Part shown: positions 51,087 to 62,700 of the stretch, in pieces | Position numbering within the stretch: position 1 is the first letter of the stretch | Layout: each line of letters begins with the position of its first letter | Source of the DNA: Felis catus | Lineage: Eukaryota | Length of the DNA: 64,000 nucleotides | Direction of reading: 5' to 3' | NCBI RefSeq assembly: GCF_018350175.1 | Contig: NC_058383.1 | Location: 434,001 to 498,000, forward strand | The notes under the pieces: model-generated | Told to the model about the DNA's origin: nothing | Database searches by the model: none | The model's input: the letters and a program-made list of their open reading frames with translations, nothing else | Program-made: the position numbers and the translations under genes

Positions 51087-51265
51087 ATGGATGGATGGAT
51101 GGACAGATGGATGGATGTGTAGGTGGATGAATGGATGGATGGATGGATGGATGGATGGATGGATGGATGGATGGATGTGTAGGTGGATGGATGGATGGAT
51201 GGATGAGTGGATGGATGGATGGATGAGTGGGTGAGTGGGTGAGTGGATAGAGGGATGGATGGAAT
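50127..51265. repeat. ~1.1 kb (GGAT)n tetranucleotide array with higher-order interruptions
   Basis: Directly visible. Recurrent gtgtaggt, ggac and ggaa variants. Follows a MIR-like fragment at ~50010-50120. Confidence 0.98.
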
Positions 51266-51483
51266 GATAGATAACTCGGTAGTGTAGCAAACTTTAGAAA
51301 ATGTGGAGACAAACGCAACTGGAAACTTGCAGTCCGTTCAGGAGTATTTTCTGTGTGCCTACATTTTGTCCATCTCCATGCAAGACACCAGGGGAGTTTC
51401 TGCATGAGAAGTAGAAGGCAGGATGATTTGGGGGGTCGAGCACAGCATTTTCTGCTGCTAATAATTACAACACAAGTACTCAC

Positions 51484-51531
51484 CCAATACTGGAGACAGC
51501 CCTGGCAAAAACGGTCCTCATCCTCTTAATT
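51484..51531 (-). other. Candidate 48-nt exon (unverified)
   Basis: Minus strand ccatctctgtttgccacag|AATTAAG...CAGTATTGG|gtgagtac. One open frame, [15 protein letters not shown]. Confidence 0.3.
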
Positions 51532-52294
51532 CTGTGGCAAACAGAGATGGTCAGTGGTGCCCTCCTCCCTGGAGAGACGAGGCTATGGTACAGACAGGCC
51601 AGGCTGCAGAAGAGGGGTCCACGGTGGGGAGGGTGGACATAAGTCAGGTCAGTGTCCTCCAGCCTGGCCAAGGGCACCCTGTGACTGGCCTCTGTGGGTC
51701 TGGTCCTACCCCCCCCCCCCCAGCACTGACCCTAGCCAACCTTTGTTTCACTTTGTGTCCCCTCCATGCTGGGCTCTGTGTCGGCTCACACTGGTTGTCA
51801 TTATCATGGGAAAAGGGAAGTCTAAGGTCAGGTCAGTGCTGATGCTGGAGGATAGCATCTGGAAGCAGCTGAGAGCAGCACCCCTCACTTGAGGGGCCTC
51901 CAGGCCTCTCAGACCCCCCGCCTTGGTCTGCACACCCAGCTCCCTCCAGCCTTGGCTTCTGCTCCCTTGTGTGTCAGCCTTAAGTGAGGCCCTGACCTTA
52001 CACCGACTCTACTCACTAGTGATTCTTCAAGTTCCTGAGTCCCAGCCCCGTGACAGAGAGAAGTTCTGATTGTCCGGCTCATTGCTGGAAGCCTGGTTGC
52101 ACTGGCCACAGGGCTCCAGGTAGCCTCCGAACGTGGCGTCTCCGGTCGGTTGTCTCTCCTGGATCAGGCACGGCCAAAGCGGAGTTGCAGAGCTGAAACC
52201 CAGGGCCTGGGTCGCGGGGGCTGCAGACAGAGACGGCTCCTTGACTAACACCCACGGCATCCTGCGCGTGTTTAGGGCAGAACGAGGCACCTGC

Positions 52295-52498
52295 TATGAT
52301 GGGTAACTCTGTGCGTCAACTTGACTGGCCGTAGGCGGCCCAGACATCGGGTCAAGCATCGCTCTGGGCGTGTCCGTGAGGATGTTTCTGGATGAGGTGA
52401 ACACTGGGATCGGTGGACTGAGTCAGGAAGTCTGGATGGAGCGGAAGGGCTTCGCAGGAACCTAGTGGTTTGTTTCTCTGGGGAGCCTCACTAATGCA
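52295..52498 (+). mobile_element. MLT2 (ERVL) solo LTR with large internal deletion
   Basis: 5' tatgatgggtaactctgtgcgtcaacttgactgg and 3' ggtttgtttctctggggagcctcactaatgca match the MLT2 termini. Confidence 0.8.
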
Positions 52499-55400
52499 CC
52501 TGCCTTCTGGGACATCAGGAGCAGCTGCCCCTTCGCAGCTTCCCCCTGACGTCCTCCGCTAAGGGGAGCAAGGGTGCAAGCCCAGGGTCGGCTGGGCAAC
52601 TCTCGTCCTCACTCGGGATTGCATACTACAACTGACCCGCAGCTCCCGGGGCTGAAAAAAACCGGAAACACGTCATCTAGAATCAAAAAGAACCACCCTC
52701 TTGCACCTCGCTGCCCGCTGTGCCTCTGACTGTCCTCCTCTGGCTCCTCAGACACGTGAGCGGCCTCCAGCCCCAGGGGACAGGCACGTGGCCATCCCTG
52801 CCTAGGACGGTGCTGCCCAACACAACAGCTGCTGGCCGTGCGATCCTAGTGAAATTTAAGGTAATTACAAATCAGGGCAACTAGAAAGCCGGTTTCCAGG
52901 GCTCTCGGGTCACAGCGTGGATGTGCGACATCCATCATCACGAGCAGCTCTGTTGGCCTGTGCTGACCCAGTCCGTGGCCACGCGCCCCCACCCCGGCCA
53001 CCGTGGCCTCGTTCACGTCTGCGCTCCCTTCACTCAGCCCAGCAGACACGGCCTCAAGCAACCTGCGTCCCCATTTCCGCGCTGGTTGTTTGTTGGGCTG
53101 GGATCAGATGCCCGCGGGCCCAGGCGCGTTGTGGGTTCGGGCACTGCCCCTGTCTGTTCCCGGGCCGAGCAGGTCCACGTCCCAGTAGGTGCCTGCAGGA
53201 TGAATCCAGGAACGCGGCCTCCCGAGGAGAACAGAACCACACAGCTTACAGATCCAAGCCCGCTGTGTCGAGAGCAGGAGCCGGGTCGGAGGCTGGCAGC
53301 GTCCATGCACAGTCTTCAGGAAGCACCGAGAGGTTCCCTGGCTCTGAATCTGGAGCTTAGCCCAGGTGAGGGCTTTTCACCTCTGAAGGGAAAGTCCTTG
53401 CAAACCGATGTTTGGAATATTGCCCAAGAGGAGCCACTTCCGGGCTGGGGGCACGAGGCCTGGGTCTGAGGGAAGCTCTGCATGGGGCCCCTCCTCCGAG
53501 TACGGGCTGAGACCCCCGGACAGGGAAAGCTCGTGGCCCCTGTGCACAGGGGCGGGGTGTGGGACATCATTGTCACTGGCTCCACAGCAGGAAAAGGAAT
53601 GGTCCCGGGCTCCCGGGCTGCCCCACACCCTGCTTCTGGGGAAAGACAATGGGCCAGGAGGGCAGGGGCAGGAGACGGACGCCAAAAGGGCGGAGGCCCC
53701 GCCGGAGGGGCTGCGGGAGCCCAACAGGCAGCCGGGCCGTGGTCGCACTAAGCCAGCCATCCCAGGGCCAGGACCCCGGGCACGGAGGGGCGTGGGGACA
53801 GGAGATGCGGGATTTCTGCTGCCAAGGCCTGGGCGGGACGGCCTTCCCGAAGGGGCAGGAAACAGATGGCCTGACCAGGATGGTCCCTCGGGCTTTCTGG
53901 GGGCAGGGAAGGGCCAGGACAAGGGAGGAGGCCCTTGCCTGTGCAGAGATGAAGCTGGTGGGGCTCCAAGTCGGGTCCCCCCCCCATCACAGGAGGGGCT
54001 GGGGGCCATCTCTGACCCAGGACCACGGTCGGCCTGGATAAGGAGAGTGAGGCCGAGAGCAGTCCCGAAGGGGCCAGGGTGGACCGACCGGGCCTCCTCC
54101 GATGTCCAGGCTCCGCAGGGATTGTGGGCCAGGGGGTGGGGTTCGGCCTCCACCTCCAGCAGAGGCAGAGGAAAAGGGGGTCCGGGGACTGGCTCATCAC
54201 AGTCAGAGGAAGGCTCCCGGCCCCTCTCCCACCACAAGGGCACCCAGTGCAGGCCGCGTTCAGCAGACCACTAACAACTCTTCTCAAAGACGCACTGGGT
54301 CTGAGATGTGGGGCCAGTGACTCACCTTCTCTGAGCCTCAGTTTTTCATCTGCGAAATGGGTGGATAACAACATCACCTCGTAAATTCATCAGGTAAAAT
54401 TAGCAAGGGCGTGCACACTGCCTGGAACGGAAGAGATAATAAAGAGCACAAATTACCGTCATTACGACCGTTTATTTTCCAGTCAAGAAATCCATAAGAA
54501 TGCACCAGGGCAAGACACCAACATGCTTTGTGGGGACAAGAAGAGCGACTCCGGGGTCCCACGCGGCCCCTGCGAGGCCTCTGTGAGGTCCCCACACCCA
54601 TCCTGAAATGGCACGGCCGGGAGACAGAAGCCCCCTACCTCCCCGCCAGTCCAGGCCTCGGGCCACCCTTCCCTCCACCAGGACCCCAAGCCTGAGGCGG
54701 ATGTCCACTTCTGAAACAGCAAGCCCTTGGCCAGCCCCCGTGCGAGTCCCCGACCCCGGCCACGCAGGCCCCTTCCCCAAGGTCTCCGCGTGGGCCGCCC
54801 ATGGGGCCTTGGCCACGGGGAGAACGCCCATTTGTAATGAAGCCTCAGGCAGGCTCTGGTTCCACTGACCGAGGCCGCTGCCCCAGTCTGCGCCCCCAGC
54901 CCAGCCCCTGGACACTACAAACTGGGCCTCAGGGGAGACTCCGCCTCCTGGAAGCCCACCAGACAGCACAGGTGATGAGGCCGACTGTCCCTGCCCTCCC
55001 TCAGGTGCAGGGACACTGGGCCGGGACCGGGAAGGGCCCCAAGGGGGCCCACAGGACCTCTGCATGGGCGGACTCGTGCCACAGATGTTTCTTGCTTGGT
55101 TCTGCTCATGTCCCTGCCGTCACCTGCCCTGTCCTGTGCTGGCACCTCTGAGCCGGTCCCTAATCTGTCACGTGGTAACAGCCACCCCTTGAAGAGGAGG
55201 TGCCCAAAGGCGGTCATCGCTCTGGCCGCAGCCCTGGGGCTTGGGGCGGTACCCTTTGAACTTGACTTTCCTGGTCTGTGAAGTTGAGGGAAAGTGACCC
55301 ACCCAAGACCTGGCTCTAGTTCCTGGCAAAGTGAAGACTTGGGCGGGAGCCTGGGCTCCAGGAGATGCAGCCTCCTCCCCGGCCACCACGGGGTTGAGGG

Positions 55401-55829
55401 GGGGGGGGGCGCGTGGGTCCCACGCTGCCCCGGCTACTGCCGAGGGCAGAGGAAGTGGAGGCCAGGCCGGCGACCCTGCAGGAGCCCCAAGCCTTGCGGG
55501 TGGCACCTCCCTGCTGGCTGGCAGCCTGGGTCATGGACGCTGCACAGAAAACAAGCACCGTCAGAAAGCGTGGGTGAGACGCCGTCGTCGGCGTAGGTCA
55601 CAGCGTCTTGGGACCCGCGGGAGGTGTTGGGTGGGGATGTGCCCCACAGGCCAGCCTCTGAGCGAGTTTCTGACCAAGCTGCCACGAGTGGCTTTCCAGG
55701 CACTGGATGTCAGTTCAAGGCCCTTCGCCCCTCGGTGAGAGGCCCCCCAGGCCCCCGTCCCGGCACTCTGGTGCCAGGCCCGCCTTGAGAGCAGGGAGCT
55801 GGGGTCTACGTGACATGAGAAGCCCACGT

Positions 55830-56220
55830 CATGTCCTGGGGTGGCTGTGACAACAGAAATGCACACCCTCCCAGCTCTGGGAGGGGGGCGGTCCCCAGTG
55901 GAGGCCGGGCTCCTCCCGGAGGCTCTGAGGGAGAAGCTGTTCCAGGCCACTCCCCTCACCCCCCAGGCTTCGCCGTCCTTAGGGTTCCTCGGCTGTGGAC
56001 GCCTCCTCCTGACCCCTTCGTCCTTCATCACACTGCGCTCTCCCTGCGTGCACGTCTGGGTCCAAATCCCCCTTTTATGAGGACACGGTCGTGTTGAACT
56101 AGGACCCACCCCACTCCAGCATGACCTTGTCTTCACTAATTACATCTGCAATGACCTTATTTACAAATAAGGCCACATTCTGAGGCACTGAGGTTAGGGC
56201 TCGAACACATGAATCTGATG
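55830..56220 (-). mobile_element. MLT1C-like MaLR LTR
   Basis: gtccaaatcccccttttatgaggacac..actaattacatctgcaatgaccttatttacaaataaggccacattctgagg. Confidence 0.85.
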
Positions 56221-57065
56221 GTGCAAAGGCAGCAAGGTGGGGGGCTGGGGGGGGGGGCTTCTGTTTCTCAGGACGCCCCAGCCTTAGGAAAACCGAGGCA
56301 GGTCAGAGGAACCCGGCTTTCCTGGAAGGCAGATCTCAGGGCAGAGCCCACAGGCACAAGCTTTATTGTGGGCACAGGCCCAGGGCAGGTGGCTGGTTCC
56401 TGGGTGAGAAACAGCTTCCCCAGAAAATAGCCTATTATCAGCCCCGTCGGAGCCCTGGCCTCACCTGCCGACAGGTAGAGAGGAGTTCACCCGTGTCCCT
56501 GGGCCCACTATCAACATGGCTCGTGGGGTGTTAACCTCCACAGCCCTACAGGGGGTTCCCTCAGCCCCTGGGGAGGCGGGGCTCTGGGCCACGGGAGGGC
56601 AGCACAGGCAGGAAGGCGGGGGCTGCTCCATGCAGAGCCCATCCCAGCACCCGGCTACACTCACTACACTGGAACCTCCAACCCCCATGTGGACCCTCCA
56701 AGTTCTCCTTGCCGCCCCCCACCCCGCCCCTCTTTGCACCACCCACCGAGCCGAATGAAGGCCAGGCTTCCCCAGGCAGCAGGAGGCCTCTCCTCACTCC
56801 TCTCCAGCTCAGAATGACCCTGTGGCCACCTCGTCGGTTCAGAGCTGCCGTGGTACCCACCCCGGGAGTTTCCCGTGAGACGTGCAAGTCACGGGAGGAC
56901 AAGGTTTGAAGGAACCAGGTAGATGGCATCAGAGGCCACCTCTCGGGGCCCCCGAGCCTCCTGTGCTTTTCAGGCCTTGAGCACTCATGGACCTTGCCTC
57001 CGAACAGCCCGGTGGCACAGGGACCCTGACAGGGAAGGGTGCTAAAGCAAAGCCAAGAGACCTGC

Positions 57066-57159
57066 CAGGGTCCTCTTCCAGAAGGACGTCGGGAGACGTG
57101 GGCCCAAGAAGACAGGGTCCACTCCCAGAAGGACGTCAGGAGACGTGGGCCCAACAAGA
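57066..57159. repeat. Tandem duplication, period 47
   Basis: cagggtcc.ct.ccagaaggacgtc.ggagacgtgggcccaa.aaga at 57066 and 57113. Confidence 0.9.
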
Positions 57160-57699
57160 CGCCTGAGAGCCACCAGCTCCTTTCCACGGAGCACAGGTGC
57201 AAACCCAGGAAATAAAAAAGGCAACGAAAGGAGAGTTCCAGATGGGACCTGGGCAGGGTGGTCAGGAACCCCAGGACTGGAGAGGCGGTATAGACTGGGT
57301 GCCTTCCCACACCCCGCCAACGGGACCCAGGGGCCACAGCCCGGCACCTCCTGATGTCCAACCGGAAGCAAAGTATTCATAGCACATCAGCTGGAGCCCA
57401 GTGCTCCCACCCTGGAAAGACCCCTGTCCCCTCAGGCCAGATCCCTTCCCACGAAGACACACTAGGGGGCCCCAGCAAGGGGATCCCCACATCAACAACC
57501 GGCCCGGCAGCTCCCTGCCCAGAGCCACAGCGGGGCGTGGGGAAGCCCCTCACCTCAGGAAGGCCCAGGATGCCCCAGAGGCCCCAGATAAACCGAGGAA
57601 ATCCGAATAACACCACAAATGCTCTGAAAACTGAGACGTCATCAAGTTCGGCCACGGCATGGGCCCGGACCGCGTGATAACCCTGGACAGGGCAGCAGC

Positions 57700-59400
57700 A
57701 GGCTACAGTGAAATGTTTAAAAAGACTCCGCCACAGCGTGCAGGGTACGACCGAGAATCGCAGCCCAGATGAGAAGACACGTAGCTGCAACCAACACCAA
57801 GAGGGACAAGATGCCGGAACTTTCCAGCGAGGGTTTCGGCGTGGCCACGTGGGAACGCTACGGGAAAGCACTTACCAGTCCTCCTGGAGCAAATGAAGAC
57901 ATAGAAAACCCCAGCAAAGGAATGGAAATTATATGAAAGGACCAAACGGAAATGACAGAACTGAGAAGCGTAGTAACAGAAGCAAAAACTCCGCAGACGG
58001 GCTGAGTAACAAAGAGGAGACGAGGAGGACACAGTCTGTGCGTCTGGAGACAAGTCAACAGAAACAGCCCCACGTGAGCCACAGAGAGCACGCAGACCCA
58101 GGAAAACCCAACAGACCCCCAGGGCCAGGGGAGCGATCGCAGGGACCCACCAGTTTCCGGAAAGTGTGCACAGCTAGAAGATGTTCAAATGAGTACTGAG
58201 TGCAAACTCGTCACATCTGGTCAAAGACAGAAACCCACGGTGTGAGCGGGGACGAAGGCGCCACATGTGGTGCGTGGTCTGGACAGGGCAGTGCTCGGAG
58301 GGAGAGTTACAGCGCTGCGTACCCCCCAGACAGCATCCCCAGGCCCCCGCAGACCCCGCTGCAAGAAGCCGGACACGAGGACAGTCAGAGGCGCAAGACC
58401 AGCCACGGGGTGGGGCGGAGGTCGGCGAGGAAGACGGGGACGCTGACAAAAATGGAAGAGACAGGGCAGAGCCTCCGCTCTCGGGTCGGCCAGGGCCCGT
58501 CACCGGCTCCCGCAGCCTCGCCAGGACAAGAGAGGGCAGTGAGTCACTGCTCGTGAGTTCTGCACCCCAGAAGGAGCAGACCATCGATAAGCACAAGCAT
58601 CAATACTCAACCGAGACGGAAGAGGTGAATCCAGCAGTCCCATAACCAAGGGAGACTGGATCCATAGTTCAAAAGTTCCTAAAATAGGAATCTCCCGGAT
58701 CTGACGATTCTACTGGAGAATTCTACTAAACATTTAAAGAAAGAGGGGCGCCTGGGTGGCTCAGTTGGTTAAGCATCTGACTTCAGCTCAGGTCGTGATC
58801 TCGTGGTCTGTGGGTTCGAGCCCCGCGTCGGGCTCTGTGCTGACAGCTGGGAGCCTGGAGCCTGCTTCTGATTCTGTGTCTCCCTCCCTCTCTGTCCTTC
58901 CCCCCCTCCGTCTCTCCCTCTCTCTCTCAAAATAAATAAACTTAAATAAAATACAAAAGAAAGAAAGAAAGAGTAGCACAAGTTTACACAATTTCTTCTA
59001 GAACATGGAGGAAGAGGAAAAACGCTCTTCAACCGATGTTATGAAGCTGGTGTTATCCTGATACCAACACTAGACAAAGACGAAAAACCCAAAAAACAAA
59101 AACCACTATTAAGCGCGATCTCTCCTGAACACATTGCAAAAATCCACTGCAAAATATAAGCAAACCAAGTCAAATGAGGCATAGAAAGAATGCTATACAC
59201 GACCAAGTGGGGTTCCTCCCGAGTACTCCAGGCTAGTTCAACGCTTAGAAATCAGAGAAAGGATTCACCACATCAACAAGCTGAAAAGAAAGATAATGTG
59301 ACCCTATCAAACTACACAGAAAGTGCATCTGACAAAAGCCATCACCCATCCCTAACGAGGACCCTTGGCAAGTCGGGGTCAGAGGGACATTTCTCGGCTC
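57700..59400 (+). mobile_element. Ancient L1M fragment (ORF1 and ORF2 pieces)
   Basis: cagcaaaggaatggaaattatatgaaaggaccaaacggaaatgacagaactgag (ORF1). tactggagaattctactaaacatttaaaga..ttatgaagctggtgttatcctgatacca (ORF2). Confidence 0.8.
58745..58963 (+). mobile_element. Can-SINE SINEC_Fc2-like inside L1
   Basis: Full length. TSD aaagaaagag on both sides. Confidence 0.96.
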
Positions 59401-61639
59401 GCTAAGTATTCAGTATGGTTCCCAAGGTTGGAAACCATCTCGGACGGCCGCAAATGTCATGGATGATGAAGAAAACCCCAGATACAAACAAACGAAGAGT
59501 CATCATTTTTGGGCACTTACTATGCTCCAGGTGCGGCCCGGGCACTGACACGATGGCCGCCCCAGGGGGAGAAATAGTCCCAGTTCACAGACACAGACGC
59601 TGAAGCGTTGATGGGCCCCACGTCAACGGGGGCTCAAGTCCAGGCTTTGCCCTGCCCTGTGGTTTCCAGTCCTGACCCCTGGGAGGGAGCTCATTGTCCT
59701 TAACTGGATTCCAGCTCCCAACGCAGTCAGAGTGGCTGAGCCTTGCCCTGGACACACACGGTGCCACCACGGTGGGGACAGAGGGCAGAGCAGGCCCACG
59801 GACCTGGGCAGGAGGGAGCACCCCCCTTTCAGGAGAGGCCCCGGCTCGGCAGCAGACGGACGGGTAGGGTTCCCCGGCAGGCAGGGCGTCTGGCCGCTTG
59901 TGGGAACGTGGAGGTCAGGGAGGCCACACCAGAGGGCCGTGGCTCAGCGTCCCTGACACGGGCTGGCTGCTGCCCTCTCAGCAGGCCGGGCAGTGAGATG
60001 CCCTCGGACTGTGACGTACGCACTATGGCAGAACACGAAGGTTTGCCCCAGTGGGTGGTGGCTTAGGGGAACCTGTGTCATCCCCGAGTGTGCTACCAAT
60101 CGCTCACACTAATGATCACTGAGGCCCCCTGTCCCACCCCAGCCCACGTAGGCCTGGAACAGCCTCTTAGGCGGGCAGCAAGGCCCGAGTCCTGGGTCCT
60201 ACTGGCAGGACTTTGTGAAGGCCGATGGATCTACATGACAAAGGGCTGGGACAGAGACCAGGGAAGGGAGCCCCTCAGCTCACAGGAGGCCTGGGGTGGG
60301 GGAGGAAAAGGTGAGGAAGAGGGGCCACCTTCAAGGACACAGGGAAGGTGGGTTCTCTGATCACTGCTTGCCGCTGGGCTGGGCAGCTCCTGGGACCAGG
60401 TCCTTAGGAGCAGGAATCACGGGCCCGCGGTTCTCGGCTCAGAGCTCAGGACGCGGCCCGCGCTTGGACCTGGGCCTGGAGCAGCTACTCGTAGCCCCGA
60501 CCTTCCAGAAACCATTCGCCGGGGCTGGGATTCATCCTGCCCCCCTCAAGCTTGCAAGGAGACCCCAGCCTCCCTCCAGAGCCCTCCCCTGCTCACTGCT
60601 CCCATCCTGGGTGTAGAATGGACAGAGACCTGGGAGGCTAGGAGGACGTCAGAAATTGAGAGGGAGATTTATCACTGGGGCCCCCCTTCTCTTCCAGTCC
60701 CTTGGCTGCAGGGTAGGGACTCTGGATCCATGTCCCCGAGGAAGTGACAGCTATGTCTGCCCCGCTTCCCCCCCTCCTCCCCCGCCCACCAAGGAAGGCC
60801 GGGGTCAGCTACCAGCCCCGTCTGAGATGTCACAGAAAAGAACACCCACGATGCCCCAAGGAGGCGGCCTCAGACCCTCTGGAGTTTCCTCGCCCTGGAT
60901 CCCTTTCAAAAAGCCATCCCTGCAGGGAGCCGCACCGACCACGGGATCCCCGGGCCGGATCTGCGTTGAAGGGACGTGCATTGCGTCTGCGTTGAAGCCC
61001 CCGGCACGGCAGACAGGGGGCTCTTCGGGCCGCTCGTTGCGGGACGCTCGTTACGCAGCAGTGGCATTGGAACAGCACATCTCCTCCCTCACACGCAAGG
61101 CCGCCTGCCTGGGGCTGAGCCCTGGGTTCGCTGCTCCCAAGTGTTGGCTTCTGGGCGGGTGAGTCTCGGGCAGTTCATACCAGCAGCACCCCGGAGGCCC
61201 TGCCCATAATTGTGGGTCCCTTCTTCCTGCTCTAACAGGCCTTCACCGAACGCACCATTCCGGGCACGGCTCGCTGCGGTGGCCCAGAGGGACGGAGCCC
61301 TGCCGTCCTGGAGGACCGCGGTCTGGGGTGTTGTGTGAGGCACAGTGCACAGCCTGGGAGAGGACCCCAGGGCTAGACTTACAGCAAACCTGAGCCGTCC
61401 AAGCTTGCACCTCTCTGACCCACCCCCCCTTGCCATACGGGGCTGCCGTGCCGGCCCGTGTCGCCTCCTTGAGCACCTCTAGCTCCAGGCCACCTTGGGG
61501 CTTCAGCACTTGTCATTCTCCCCCCAGAGGCCCCGCTCACGCCCCGGCCACTTGCGTACACGGTCTCCCTCCTTCCCCACGTTAGCCTGCCTCTCCACAC
61601 CCGACACGGCCTGCGGCGGCTTCGTTCATCCGCCTGCGG

Positions 61640-61780
61640 CTTCTCCCACCGGCCAGTGAGTTTCTTGGGAGCAGGGACCAAATCTTCTTGGCCGTCTTAT
61701 AACCTTGGGGAAGCGCCAGGCCGGATAAACACAGGGCACCAGATAAATATTGTTGGACGCACAAATGAATGAATGGGTGG
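61640..61780 (+). mobile_element. L2 LINE 3' terminus
   Basis: gtgagtttcttgggagcagggacca...agataaatattgttgg..aaatgaatgaatg. Confidence 0.65.
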
Positions 61781-61919
61781 TTCGTAGCAGGGGGAGTGAC
61801 ACGGTCTGATTTGCATTTCGAAGGAGCGCTCGGCGCAAGGCAAGCCTACGGACGGATACGGGAGATAGACCACGCCGTCAGGGTGCGAGAGGTTGGAGGC
61901 CGGGCCGGACCGGTGCTCC

Positions 61920-62700
61920 CGGGGGCTGTCAGGAAGGACACGTGACACCGTGCGCTTGCCGGAACCCGCAGAACTGGACGTCAGAGACAGCCCCTATGTG
62001 AAGTGCGGGCTCAGCTAACAAGAACAGGGCGATATCCATTCATCAGTTGTGCCCGTTAAGAGCGTCCCACGTTAACAACCAGGGAAACCACCTGTGTGTG
62101 GTGGGGTGGGAACTCCGTACTTCCTGCTCAACTTTTCTATGACCCTAAACCCGCTCTAAAAAAAAGCATGTCTATTAACCTTTTACAATCTCTGGGAGAC
62201 GACAATGAGGCCACTCTGTCCCCACCAGAAGGGTTCAAATAAAAACAGATGTTGGTGAGGCCGGGGGGAAGCCCCACGCCGTTGGGGGGCGCCTGCAGCC
62301 CCCACAGAGCACCAGCAGCGGCCCCGCGGCCGGCCGAGGGGAGAACACAGGAGGACGCCGCATTTCCCACGGAAACGCGTGGGTGCCTGTGTTCATCAAA
62401 AGTACGCGCGCGGAGATGATTCAGGCGTCGCGCCAAAGACGACCCGGCCCGGAAGCCGTAGAGGTGGGCGTTTCCTACGGCCGAGCCCACGCAGAAGTGG
62501 TAATGAATGAACGCAGCGGCACGTGGATAGATTTCATAAACATCAGACTGAGTGATGGGAACCAGACACAAGGACACGCTGCCTCGTTCTATTTATATGA
62601 AGTGCCAAACGGTCCAAACCACGGTGTGATGATAAAAGTCGGTTGTGGCTGGAGCAGAGAGGAGGCGGAGGTGGGCCGGCCGCGGTGCCCTCTGAGTTCA
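61920..62700 (+). mobile_element. Ancient L1M 3'-end fragments (two adjacent), GC-shifted
   Basis: gggaactccgtacttcctgctcaacttttctatgaccctaaacccgctctaaaa and gtggatagatttcataaacat..tgagtgatgggaaccagacacaag. Confidence 0.75.

Noticed and set aside
50101..51483. 460-aa and 392-aa (HPSI)n / (MDGW)n ORFs
   Set aside because: Translation of (GGAT)n, which lacks stop codons.
51484..51531. KRMRTVF resembling a homeodomain N-terminal arm
   Set aside because: The following residues lack the helix-1 pattern (T..QL..LE..F) and I saw no WFQNRR exon.
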